Positions 16,928 to 26,400 of a DNA stretch of 35,858 nt are shown here, one piece after another. A program made the position numbers and the translations under genes. Numbering within the stretch: position 1 is the stretch's first letter; each line of letters opens with the position of its first letter. The DNA is from Anaerolineales bacterium. Lineage in GTDB: Bacteria; Chloroflexota; Anaerolineae; Anaerolineales; UBA4823. The stretch covers positions 1 through 35,858 of the forward strand of contig JBJYXV010000101.1 in the NCBI GenBank assembly GCA_046260155.1. Direction: 5' to 3'. The notes under the pieces were generated by a model that saw nothing but the letters and a program-made list of their open reading frames with translations, was not told the DNA's origin and made no database searches.

Positions 16928-17602
16928 ATGATTAAAGTCTCAAACAATTGGAGAAAATCTCATCCCGGGGGAGCAGCTGGCATCCTGAGCATGCAAATAG
17001 ATCGCCAGCAGCTGGATATAGCCGGACTTATTCGCAAGAAGGAAGCACTTGAAAATCGGCTCAGGGAAAAATACCGGGGTATTCCTCGTGCAGAAATGCG
17101 TGCAATTCCCATAATGGATGCCTATACGCAGTACTACAGGCGTTACAAGAAAACTTACCACCTCCTGCTGCAGCTCGATTCAATCTGCAACAAGGATAAA
17201 TCTATTCCAAATGTGGATCCCCTGGTGATAGCCATGTTCATGGCAGAACTGGATACTCTGCTGCTCACTGCTGGGCATGACCTGGATCAAATTTCAGGTC
17301 AAATCACGCTTGACTCTGCTGCCGGTGATGAAACATACACGTTGATCAACGGCGAGACCGCGACCTGCAAACCTGGCGATATGGTGACTGCTGATGAGCT
17401 AGGCGTCTTCTGCAGCATCATCTACGGCCAGGATCAGCGAACACAAATCACACCAGGAACTGATCATGTAATTTATGTTGTCTATGTTCCTCCCGGGATT
17501 GAGCCTGAGCGGATCGACAAGCATCTTCGGGATCTTGAGAGCTATGTTGGAATTGTTTTCCCCCAGGCGCAAATTACCTACCGTGAATTATTTTTCGCGT
17601 AA
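16928..17602 (+). CDS. B3/4 domain-containing protein (standalone PheT B3/4-like tRNA-binding/editing domain)
   Basis: MDAYTQYYRRY...NPLVIAMFMAELDTLLLTAGHDLDQISGQITL...GDMVTADELGVFCSIIYGQDQRTQITPGTDHVIYVVY resembles the B3/4 domain (hDlDkl.g.i.vR...gd.vIaD..g..alaGvmGG..s.v...T.nvllE.A.F). Confidence 0.45.
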   Translation: MIKVSNNWRKSHPGGAAGILSMQIDRQQLDIAGLIRKKEALENRLREKYRGIPRAEMRAIPIMDAYTQYYRRYKKTYHLLLQLDSICNKDKSIPNVDPLVIAMFMAELDTLLLTAGHDLDQISGQITLDSAAGDETYTLINGETATCKPGDMVTADELGVFCSIIYGQDQRTQITPGTDHVIYVVYVPPGIEPERIDKHLRDLESYVGIVFPQAQITYRELFFA

Positions 17603-17678
17603 CTTGCCATAAACCACGAAATTATATCCAGTTTTTAATTGCTATTTTTAAATACAGAATGGTAGATCTTCGAGTTAT

Positions 17679-17700
17679 ATTTTCCTCTTCACAGGAAAAT
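17679..17700. terminator. 8-bp perfect hairpin between convergent genes (weak bidirectional terminator candidate)
   Basis: attttcct-cttcac-aggaaaat lies between the B3/4 gene (+) and the SBP gene (-). The stem is AT-rich and has no clear U-tract. Confidence 0.2.
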
Positions 17701-17720
17701 GAGATTCCCCATTAGGAATA

Positions 17721-19829
17721 CTATTGTTCGCATTCATCCGCGTAACCATATTGCTCAATATTCCAGGTATCGCTATCAGCAGTCGGGTCCATCCAATATC
17801 CACACAGCTCAGCTCCTGAAGCTGTCACTTTTAATCGCTGGTAAAGTGGTATCACCGGCAGATCACGGGCAAAAATTTCTTGAGCCAGCATGTGGTTCTC
17901 GATATAACCAGGTTGTCCAGGGAGTAGAGCCGAGGCACTTTCACATGCCTGGTCAAATTCGACGCTGCTGTAGCCACTATTATTTTGACCCTCCCAGCCT
18001 CGCGGAAAGCGTTGCGTGCCATCAGGATTAAGCACCTCCGGATCACCGGGGATATTTTCGCTCATGAAGTATTTACAGGGAGGAATATCACCAGCCAACG
18101 ATGCAAATTCCACTACATCGAAATCACGACGGACCACAGGGCTGGTGGGCAGCTCAAAAAATTCAGCAGCGTTCCAGTGCTGAATATTCACCTTGATACC
18201 GCATCTTGATAACGATTCAGTCAGAATTTGGGTGACCTGCTTGCGTGTTTCTGCATTCGTGGTCCAATAGTTAAACTCTAACCTGATGCCATCAGGCACG
18301 TCTGGTACGGATTGTGACTGGCGAGGAGTGCCTGGGTCAGCGTCATGATCGATCCAGCCCATTTCCTCTAATAATGCATTTGCCTTCGCTGGAGAAAACT
18401 CATAGCTGTTAATTTCCGGGTTGTAAAGTGGGTGGTCTGGAGGAATAAATGAATTCAGCACCTCGCCAGTGGTGATGTTCACGTAATACTCCTTACCGTT
18501 TTCCGGATAATATCGTTCATAATCAGACAACTGGTAGACAGCTTCGTCGATAACTCTCTGCCGATCAAGACACATGGCGATCGCCTGGCGGGTACGCACA
18601 TCCCCAAACAAGTCGGGGCGATCGCTGCCTGCCTGGTAGCCATCATCATAATCCGCATGCAGCAAGCAGAAATCAAAATGCTCCCACACATTTCCATTGA
18701 CGATATGAACCTGGAGCAATCCTAATTCGTCCATCCCGATTAATAAATTCAATACGACTTCCAAACCTGCATCCTGCTCAACCAAATCACATTCACCTGA
18801 TAGGATCTTGGAGATGTTGAAGATAGGATCCTCCCCAGTAAACCGGAAAACCAGGTTATCAAAGCGTGGCAAGCCTTCTTTAGCCCGGAAATAATAGGGA
18901 TTCTTACTTAGTTGAATTTCGTTACCAATTTCCCAATTCTCCAGCATGTAGGGCCCCCAACCCACAGGCAATAGATGGCTCTGCTCAGCTTCAGCCATTG
19001 CACCCTGGTCAACCTCAGCCATTTCTGCAACAGACATACCCTGCAGCTGGTGTTCAGGAAGCGGATGGAAGAAATTCGACATGTAGTCCGGATCCAAATT
19101 ACCAGGCAGACCTGTCCAACGGGTTGTGCGATCATCCAGATCGGTGAAATCAGCTGTTCGTTCAGCAAGCAAATGGTTTACACACCAATCTAGATTCTCT
19201 TCGCATTTCTGGGCGATCTTGAAGCTGAAGACTGCATCTGCAGCGGTTAGCGATTCTCCGTCGGACCATTTCAATCCTTCGAGCAGGGTAAAATCAGCTG
19301 AGAGCTGGTCCATTTCGAGTGCTTCCTTTTGGAAGATGATCGCACATTCACTCTGATTACAGCCAAAAGGTCGTACGCGATCACCTGCCGCCAACCTGAT
19401 TACTCCCCCAGCATCATTCACAACCAGATCCCCAGCTTGAACTGTAACTGGTTCAATGCGCGCATCACCATCCGCCAAATTGGGTAATTTTTCCAAAATC
19501 ACCGGCTGGTAGCTATACCCGAGAGGATCTATGGGACCATCATAGATCGCCTCCCAAACTGTATTGGTGACTAACATTGAGCTTTGATAGTAGAAAAGTG
19601 TATCAGGCTCTGCCCCCAAGCAGATGGTCAAGATGCGCGATTCAGGCGCAGGAGTTAGCTCTGGTACCATCGTGGGAATAGAGGTTCGCTCAGGTTCAGG
19701 TGGAGGACAGGTAGAACAGGGTGTATTCGCAACACTAACCGGCATACTCGTCTCAGCAAGAGAACATGCCGTTAAAAGAAGTACCAGAATTATGAGGATA
19801 AAACCCGATCGCTGATTCAGCCGATGCAT
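17721..19829 (-). CDS. ABC transporter substrate-binding lipoprotein, family 5 (Opp/Dpp/Nik-like), orphan
   Basis: Lipoprotein signal MHRLNQRSGFILIILVLLLTAC, then a Pro-rich linker (TPCSTCPPPEPERTSIPTMVPELTPAPE) and a roughly 600-aa SBP_bac_5-like body. No permease or ATPase genes adjacent. Confidence 0.7.
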   Translation of the reverse strand: MHRLNQRSGFILIILVLLLTACSLAETSMPVSVANTPCSTCPPPEPERTSIPTMVPELTPAPESRILTICLGAEPDTLFYYQSSMLVTNTVWEAIYDGPIDPLGYSYQPVILEKLPNLADGDARIEPVTVQAGDLVVNDAGGVIRLAAGDRVRPFGCNQSECAIIFQKEALEMDQLSADFTLLEGLKWSDGESLTAADAVFSFKIAQKCEENLDWCVNHLLAERTADFTDLDDRTTRWTGLPGNLDPDYMSNFFHPLPEHQLQGMSVAEMAEVDQGAMAEAEQSHLLPVGWGPYMLENWEIGNEIQLSKNPYYFRAKEGLPRFDNLVFRFTGEDPIFNISKILSGECDLVEQDAGLEVVLNLLIGMDELGLLQVHIVNGNVWEHFDFCLLHADYDDGYQAGSDRPDLFGDVRTRQAIAMCLDRQRVIDEAVYQLSDYERYYPENGKEYYVNITTGEVLNSFIPPDHPLYNPEINSYEFSPAKANALLEEMGWIDHDADPGTPRQSQSVPDVPDGIRLEFNYWTTNAETRKQVTQILTESLSRCGIKVNIQHWNAAEFFELPTSPVVRRDFDVVEFASLAGDIPPCKYFMSENIPGDPEVLNPDGTQRFPRGWEGQNNSGYSSVEFDQACESASALLPGQPGYIENHMLAQEIFARDLPVIPLYQRLKVTASGAELCGYWMDPTADSDTWNIEQYGYADECEQ

Positions 19830-20011
19830 GGTTTTCTCCTTCCAACCATGCAGGCTATATGGAAAATATTGAAATCAGATAATTCAATTATACATTTAGT
19901 CTGGATACATGCTCTGGATATCCGCCAGGCTCTGTTGCTTGAAATCGACCGAAGGGCTTTAATACCACTGCAGTCACAATTCTATCCTGATAACTGATAT
20001 TCTATTCAGGT

Positions 20012-20947
20012 TTATATTGAGTGCGTATGTGGAGTTTGCTGCCAGGCATGTGCGATTTGACCACCGATGCGGGCGTTATTCCGCAGTAAGCCCAGGTTTG
20101 CATTCAGGCTGGCGTTCCCGGTCAGTTCGGTCACTCGTTGGAGTAAAAAGGGAGTTACCCGCTGGCCGCGCACGCGTTCTTTTTTTGCATCCTTTAATGC
20201 TTCCTTCACCGCCTGGCGCATCTCATCCTCGGGCATGGCGACTTCCTCCGGCGGTGGGACGGTCACCAGCAGGGCGCTTTGCATGCCTAACCCCCAATGA
20301 GTACGCGCCAATTCGGTCACCTCTTCTGGTTCGTCTGCACGATGGCTGGTAGGCAGCCGGCTCTTGGCAGAATAAAAGGCTGGAAATTCACTGGTCTGGT
20401 AACCAACCACTGGGATTGAATAGGTCTCAAGGTATTCGATGGTCGCTGGTAGATCCAAGATCGCCTTCGCACCTGAACACACCACGATCACCGGCGTGCG
20501 AGCCAGCTGGGGTAAATCAGCCGAGATATCATTCGCCGGCTGCCGGTGGACACCCCCAATTCCTCCGGTAGCAAACACTTTGATTCCCACTATGTTGGCG
20601 ATAAAGATCGTACCTGCAACAGTCGTACCACCACTTGCTTCATTTAAAATCAGGCGAGAAAAGTCACGTGGGCTGGCCTTGTGAAGGTCCCCGGAACTCG
20701 CCAGGCGTTCTAATTGCATGATATCCAAACCAACATGGATCATCCCATCCAGGATGGCGATAGTGGCTGGTACGGCACCGTTCTGGCGCACCTCTTCCTC
20801 CATATCCTGGGCGAGCTGGATATTCTCCGGGTATGGAAGCCCGTGCGTGATGACGGTAGATTCCAATGCAACCAGGGGTAAGCCTAACGACTGGGCCCTG
20901 GCAACTTCCTTAGATACACGCAGATAAGATTTTATTTTCTGGTCCAT
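20012..20947 (-). CDS. psuG: pseudouridine-5'-phosphate glycosidase
   Basis: Full-length IndA/PsuG-like: LPLVALESTVITHGLPYPENI...GGTTVAGT...FATGGIGGVHR...DISADL. Confidence 0.85.
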   Translation of the reverse strand: MDQKIKSYLRVSKEVARAQSLGLPLVALESTVITHGLPYPENIQLAQDMEEEVRQNGAVPATIAILDGMIHVGLDIMQLERLASSGDLHKASPRDFSRLILNEASGGTTVAGTIFIANIVGIKVFATGGIGGVHRQPANDISADLPQLARTPVIVVCSGAKAILDLPATIEYLETYSIPVVGYQTSEFPAFYSAKSRLPTSHRADEPEEVTELARTHWGLGMQSALLVTVPPPEEVAMPEDEMRQAVKEALKDAKKERVRGQRVTPFLLQRVTELTGNASLNANLGLLRNNARIGGQIAHAWQQTPHTHSI

Positions 20948-20983
20948 TTAATTTTCTGAGCCTTGTTCAGGTTGAGATGGGTA

Positions 20984-21937
20984 TCAGATCACCAGTTGGT
21001 CGTACAACAGCTCGAGGGATAGATCATCCACGACAGTACCTCTATGGCGCAGGGTAATTGAAGCTGCAGTAACCCCCAGCCTGACCGCATCATCGAGTGG
21101 AATTTGATGCAGTAAGGCATAGATCACCGTGGCATTTAATGCATCTCCCGCACCTGTCGGATCGACAACCGATGTCCTGATTGCCGGGACATAGCCGCTG
21201 GTTTCCGAGGTCGCGTAAACCACCCCAAATTCTGCTAAAGAAACCAGGACAATACCAACTCCCTTGGAGACCAGGCATTTTGCCGCCTCAATGGCATCTT
21301 GCGGTTGGTTATTTTCTATGGTCAGTCCACACAGGACTCCTGCCTCGTCACCATTTGGCGTGATCAAGGAAAGCCGGTCTAAAAATGGCTCCAGGTGTTT
21401 TGCCAGGCTGGTGGAGGTTGGATCTGCACACACGGGTATACGCGCCCTGCGTGCTTGTGAAAAGATCGTCCGCAGGGTTTTTGCTGGTAAATTCGCATCG
21501 ATAAACACCAGGGAAGCCTGCTTGAACAGGTCTGCATGGGATCTTATGTAATCCGGGGTCAGGGATTTTGTAGCGTTGATATCATCCAGGGCAAACTGCA
21601 GGGTCCCTTTCTCATCGAGAATGCCAAGGTAGGTTCCGGTTGGGTGGTCAGATGTTGTACGCACCCTGCTGATGTCCACCCCAGCTTGGACGGATTGCGC
21701 TAATAACTGCTTCCCGGCATAATCTTCGCCAACCGCGGTCAGCAGGATCGTCCTTTGGCCGAGGCGGGATAAATTTTCAGCAATATTGCGCGCCACACCG
21801 CCATAAGACGTACGGATCTTGGCAGGGTTCTTGGTCCCCGGGACCAGCTCCTTTTCCAAGCGGCCGATCAGATCAACACCACTTCCACCGATCACGATCA
21901 CGGGCAGTTCAGGAGCGAGAAAGAATTCTTGGTCCAT
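20984..21937 (-). CDS. psuK: pseudouridine kinase (PfkB-family carbohydrate kinase)
   Basis: PfkB motifs (VIGGSGVDLIG...GGVARNIA...DPTGAGDA). Start ATG at 21935-21937 with SD AGGAGAT 7 nt upstream. The preceding gene's stop at 21939-21941 gives TAGCATGG coupling. The ORF track extends to 22078, which seems an over-extension. Confidence 0.8.
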   Translation of the reverse strand: MDQEFFLAPELPVIVIGGSGVDLIGRLEKELVPGTKNPAKIRTSYGGVARNIAENLSRLGQRTILLTAVGEDYAGKQLLAQSVQAGVDISRVRTTSDHPTGTYLGILDEKGTLQFALDDINATKSLTPDYIRSHADLFKQASLVFIDANLPAKTLRTIFSQARRARIPVCADPTSTSLAKHLEPFLDRLSLITPNGDEAGVLCGLTIENNQPQDAIEAAKCLVSKGVGIVLVSLAEFGVVYATSETSGYVPAIRTSVVDPTGAGDALNATVIYALLHQIPLDDAVRLGVTAASITLRHRGTVVDDLSLELLYDQLVI

Positions 21938-21938
21938 G

Positions 21939-23495
21939 CTAAATATCTCCTGCATAATGGGCGACAACATGCGCCAGGTGCGTCCAGACATCCCTGATCC
22001 TGCGGGCAGCTGGGGTATTGGCCTCATCGCGCCGGTCAAGAGCCTCCAGTGCCAGGTGAAGCTTTCCCCGGTAAGCATTCACTATCTTTACAAAATTAAT
22101 TTTGCGCAGTTCTTCATCAGCAGGATCAATCTGGTTGAATGTTTGCAGGGGTGTGTCATGCACAATGACCAGCATTTGTTCTGTCCAGCTGGTATTGGAT
22201 AGCTTCTCGAGCGAAGATTCATTACCGCGGGCCAGGTTTTCGTATGTGATCCGCCAGGCTTGCAGGTGACGCTCAGGAATGATGCCCGTCGGGAAATCCC
22301 AGGTTCCGATTCCAATCCAGCGCAGTTCTACTCCCTTTTCCCTCACTCTGGCGACAAAATTACTGTAATCGTAGAAGAGATCGCTGATCCCAGGGCGCGG
22401 TACAAATGGAGGTGGATCAGGTACATCAATCTCAAATTCTGCTTCCACGCCTGCCAGGCGACCAGCTTCGCTTTGCACTTCGACGATATTTTTAATGGTT
22501 TGCTCCAGTTCCGGGCGTCCTACCGCGGCTAAAAATTCGCTCAAAGTATGCCTGAAGATAAAGGCACCGAGCTCACGCTGGATCTGAGCTGCCATGAAAT
22601 CTGTCCAGGATTCACGGGTTAAATCATATACCAGGGACTCGACTGATTGCGGGTTGAAAGGATATGGTTTTTTCAGAGTAGGTTCCTGCCCATCGCGGCG
22701 AACACTGTAAATTACGCGCATATTTTTAACCTGGATGGGTATCCCATCCCGGGTCCGCGCATTAACCGAGAGTTCCTGTACTTGATCACGTAAATCGATC
22801 ACCCGTCTCAGGTGCTCAAAACTTCCGATCACCTTCGCCCCATCATCCTTTTTTCGCGCGCCATTACGATGATAGCCAAGTAAACCATTCAAAAGACCCT
22901 GTGACCTGGCCAGGAAGCTGCTGCCACCTGGCCGATCCTCCCGGGAGTTCTGCGAACTTTTTGATGTCGTCGGACCGATCACCTCCGGCATACCCCCAAC
23001 CTGTTCAAATACGGCAGCATTCTCAAGGTAAACCCTGACCTTCCCTGGTCCACCGATCAAGTACATAGGTGATGCTTGGTCCTTCAAACTAACTTCACCG
23101 TCTTTGATATCCAATACGTCATATTGGCTGGCAAAAGCAGATTGGCGGATAAATTGTTCTGCCACGCGCGTATCGTTGATCTTGTAAAGCTCATCCAGGT
23201 ACCTGCCTGCCGCTTGATACGCCAGCCAGAATACGAAAGCTCCTACCAGGACATGCTTGAAAACATCTGCTGCAAAAAGCGCCTGGAATGGATATACCAG
23301 TAAGCTCATCTCTGGATTACTGTTGGGAACAAATGGATGCCGGATATACCCCAGGACTGCCCAGCACACAGCGCCGATCAGGATCAGGATGGTTCGCCGG
23401 ATGGAAGCCGCGCGCAAGCGCGGATCAACGATTACCCCAACCAGCTGGGAGACCACGCTTTTCCAAATAGACCGCGTTAATGACCTGGCGTACAA
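21939..23495 (-). CDS. membrane protein (N-terminal TM helices plus a roughly 420-aa domain), paralogous to the C-terminal domain of the upstream LVIVD giant protein
   Basis: TTG start 8 nt after the SD AGGAG that sits just before the upstream gene's stop codon. Shared motifs with 23500-27717 residues about 920-1412: GPGKVRVYLENAAVFEQVGGM vs GPGVVFTSGEEFVHQEGM, and PFNPQSVESLV vs FNPESVQLAI. Weak SPFH/band-7-like pattern (ITRDGIPIQVKNMRVIYSV). Confidence 0.6.
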   Translation of the reverse strand: MYARSLTRSIWKSVVSQLVGVIVDPRLRAASIRRTILILIGAVCWAVLGYIRHPFVPNSNPEMSLLVYPFQALFAADVFKHVLVGAFVFWLAYQAAGRYLDELYKINDTRVAEQFIRQSAFASQYDVLDIKDGEVSLKDQASPMYLIGGPGKVRVYLENAAVFEQVGGMPEVIGPTTSKSSQNSREDRPGGSSFLARSQGLLNGLLGYHRNGARKKDDGAKVIGSFEHLRRVIDLRDQVQELSVNARTRDGIPIQVKNMRVIYSVRRDGQEPTLKKPYPFNPQSVESLVYDLTRESWTDFMAAQIQRELGAFIFRHTLSEFLAAVGRPELEQTIKNIVEVQSEAGRLAGVEAEFEIDVPDPPPFVPRPGISDLFYDYSNFVARVREKGVELRWIGIGTWDFPTGIIPERHLQAWRITYENLARGNESSLEKLSNTSWTEQMLVIVHDTPLQTFNQIDPADEELRKINFVKIVNAYRGKLHLALEALDRRDEANTPAARRIRDVWTHLAHVVAHYAGDI

Positions 23496-23499
23496 AGAT

Positions 23500-26400
23500 T
23501 TAACTCCTGATCCATGCTAATATTTTTAATATCTCGGCTTCCTCATCGGTCAGCCATTGATGAAGCCGGGTACGGCGCTTGAGCAGCTGCTGGGTGCTGG
23601 AGACCAGCATCTCCAGGCTGCTGGTTAGATCTGGACGTGAAAGGTCGTCGAAAGGCAGTGAGTTTCCATCATCATCCACGAGTGCCTGGCTGATATTTTG
23701 CGTAACAGTGGACGCGAAATCAATTAACGCCGTCTCCCTGCCCACCTCCTCCGCCAGGTTGCGCTTGCTTTCAACCACCTCTCGCTCCGTGATCGCCCGA
23801 TCCAACCAGCTGGACATCCATTGCTGGACTAACTGGGATTCGACTGTTCTCGGGAAGCGAAAGCCGCTGATTGAAACATCCCTGACCTGCACGCCCATTT
23901 CCTCGAGAATTGTAAATTCCCGGCTGATTTGGTTACCGGGGACCTCCTGGCCGTATTCATCCAGTTTCGGGACTTCTGCCTGTGTCAGCCGCAGCTTCAC
24001 CATCCGCAAGATGGTTTCCAAGCCGGTCTCACCAACAGCCGCAAATCGTTGGGCAGCATGCTCGCCGTCCACCGACATGGCCTGCGGATCAATGTTCGAT
24101 GTGGTGCTGAACAGATCTAATAATTTAAATTTACCCAGGTATTCCCGCCACAGGTCCACTGCAAGCAGGGCTGGTACTTCGAACCACGGCACATTCCGCA
24201 GATCATTGGGGACCACCCCTTCCCGGGTAATAGCCAGCTGCACCGATTCTGGATTGAAACCAAATCGAGTACCACCCTGCCCGGGCAGGGTTTTTGTCTT
24301 CACGATAGCCAATATATTCGGTACGATCTCGACAGCATCCCGGGTAAATCCACTGGTTTTTTGCCGCCGATCCTGGCGTAATTGGAACTCCTGTTCCGTT
24401 TCTCTTTTCCTGTTCCAGGGGGCAAATGGGTCATCTGCAGGCAGCGGACCAAGGGGAGGCAAGGGTTTCACCTGGGTGTGCAGGTCCATCCCTTCCTGGT
24501 GAACAAATTCCTCTCCACTGGTAAACACCACCCCTGGTCCAATCGCCCGCTTGAACTCGGTTTTGGTGCGCAGCATCGCTGCGCTGGCAGTATCCAGCAG
24601 CGCTACTCCAGGGTTTTTGCTTTTTCGATCACCCAATCCTTGAATTAATTTCCCATTTTCTATGCGCATCATGGTGCCATGAGAACCGACCAGGTAGCGG
24701 ACCAGACGATTGAAAGCTGCTGCCCTCTCTCCCAGCCTGTTCAGCGGCAGGACGAACTGTGCAAAGAATGCGAGCCAGATCAGCAGCCCTCCCACACCAA
24801 CCACCAACACATCAAAGAACGTCTGCCTGACGGTCCGCAAACTTTTTTCGGTCCCTGGACTGCCCAGTATGGGCAGCTGTTCAATGACCTGTTTCAACGG
24901 AGCCATACCAGGTGTTTCATATAAACCTGCCGTCACAGCGGTAATATCTTTATCCGCAGTGATAATCTCCAGCCCGCGGTCACCTTTGGCAACATAGATA
25001 AAGAAATTCCCCGGTGCGGCCTCCGCCCCTTTAGCCCACTCGGTATCCAGATTGAGGCTGTTTCCATCCAGTTCTATTCCGGATACGAGCGATGGATCAC
25101 CCGGATTAAGGATGTTAACCACCTGGAGCCCGGCTTCTCCGTCGGCGGCGAACAAATAGAACCCTGAGATCGCCAGGTCCAGCACCGTGCCCGGAGTGTC
25201 GATATAGGCAATCGTTTCAGGAGCAACTGGCTTTGAAATGTTGATCACCCAGATGCCGTTCGGCCCATCCGCGAGGTAAGCGTAATCACCCGAAACAACC
25301 ACGCTGTTTGCGTTCTGAAACTGGTCGATCAGGCTGGTCGTGATCGGATCATAGGGATCAGCAACGTTGACGATCATCAATCCCGCTTCGCCGTCTGCGA
25401 TATATGCATATTGATCCGCAACAAATACATCCCGCGCTGCACCGGGTGTCTGGTGCTGGCTTAAAAGGTTGAGATTTGCGGGATCGCTCACATTTGCAAT
25501 ATACAATCCGGAGACGCTATCTGTGAAATAGGCAAGTTCGTCATCCACATAAACAGCATTTGCTTTACCTGAAGTAGTCACTTCACCCAGGTAAGCTGCT
25601 TGATTAACCTGCGAAATATTGACGGTTTGCAGGCCGAATGAATCAGCCAGGTAGGCAACATCTCCCTGGATGGTGATATCCTCAACGATCCCTCCCTGGT
25701 CATAATGCCCGACCTGCTTGAGATAGCGGGGATCGGAAACATCTGCACTTCGAAATCCGCTATTCAAATCCGTCAGGTAGGCATAAGCTCCTGCAACTTT
25801 CACATTCCTGACAATGCGGGGAATATCGTAAAATCCCACCTCAAACGGCTCGGTCGGATTCGAAATATCTATAATCCGCATTCCACGCGTGTTATCCGCA
25901 ACATATGCAGTTTCACCCAGTGCTGCCAGGCCATAAGCCTCTCCAGGTGTATTCAGCACACCGGTTTCAGCGATATTCCCCGGATCGGAAATATCCACCA
26001 CCCGAAATCCCCAACCGCCTGCTGCCAGATAGGCCTGGTTTCCGGACAGGACCACGTCGATCACGGTCTCATATCCGGTGTAAGCACCAATTTCTACCGG
26101 TACCTGGGGATTGGTCGCGTCGATCACACGCAGTCCCCCATCACCATCGGCTACATATGCAAGGATCCTTGATTCTTGACCATTTTCCAGTTCTACTGCC
26201 ACAGCACGCGCCTCCCCTGGCGTATCAATGAAACCAACCTCCGCCGGTTTCGCGCTGTCCAGGATGTTAATAATCCGCAATCCAGAATCACCATCCGCAA
26301 CATATGCATACTCACCGAGGACCGCAATGCCGGTAGCTGTGCCTGGCGTCTGCTCAGAACCCAGCAATACAGGTTGTGATGGATTTGCCATCCCAATGAT

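Noticed and set aside
21938-22078. N-terminal 47-aa extension of psuK in the track ORF (start at 22078)
   Set aside because: The extension overlaps the end of the upstream 518-aa gene and has no SD. The internal ATG at 21937 has a strong SD and stop/start coupling.
23579-24502. 307-aa plus-strand Ser-rich ORF, and other plus ORFs up to 27583
   Set aside because: Antisense to the 1405-aa LVIVD gene. The Ser/Arg-rich composition is typical of antisense frames of a GC-rich repeat gene.
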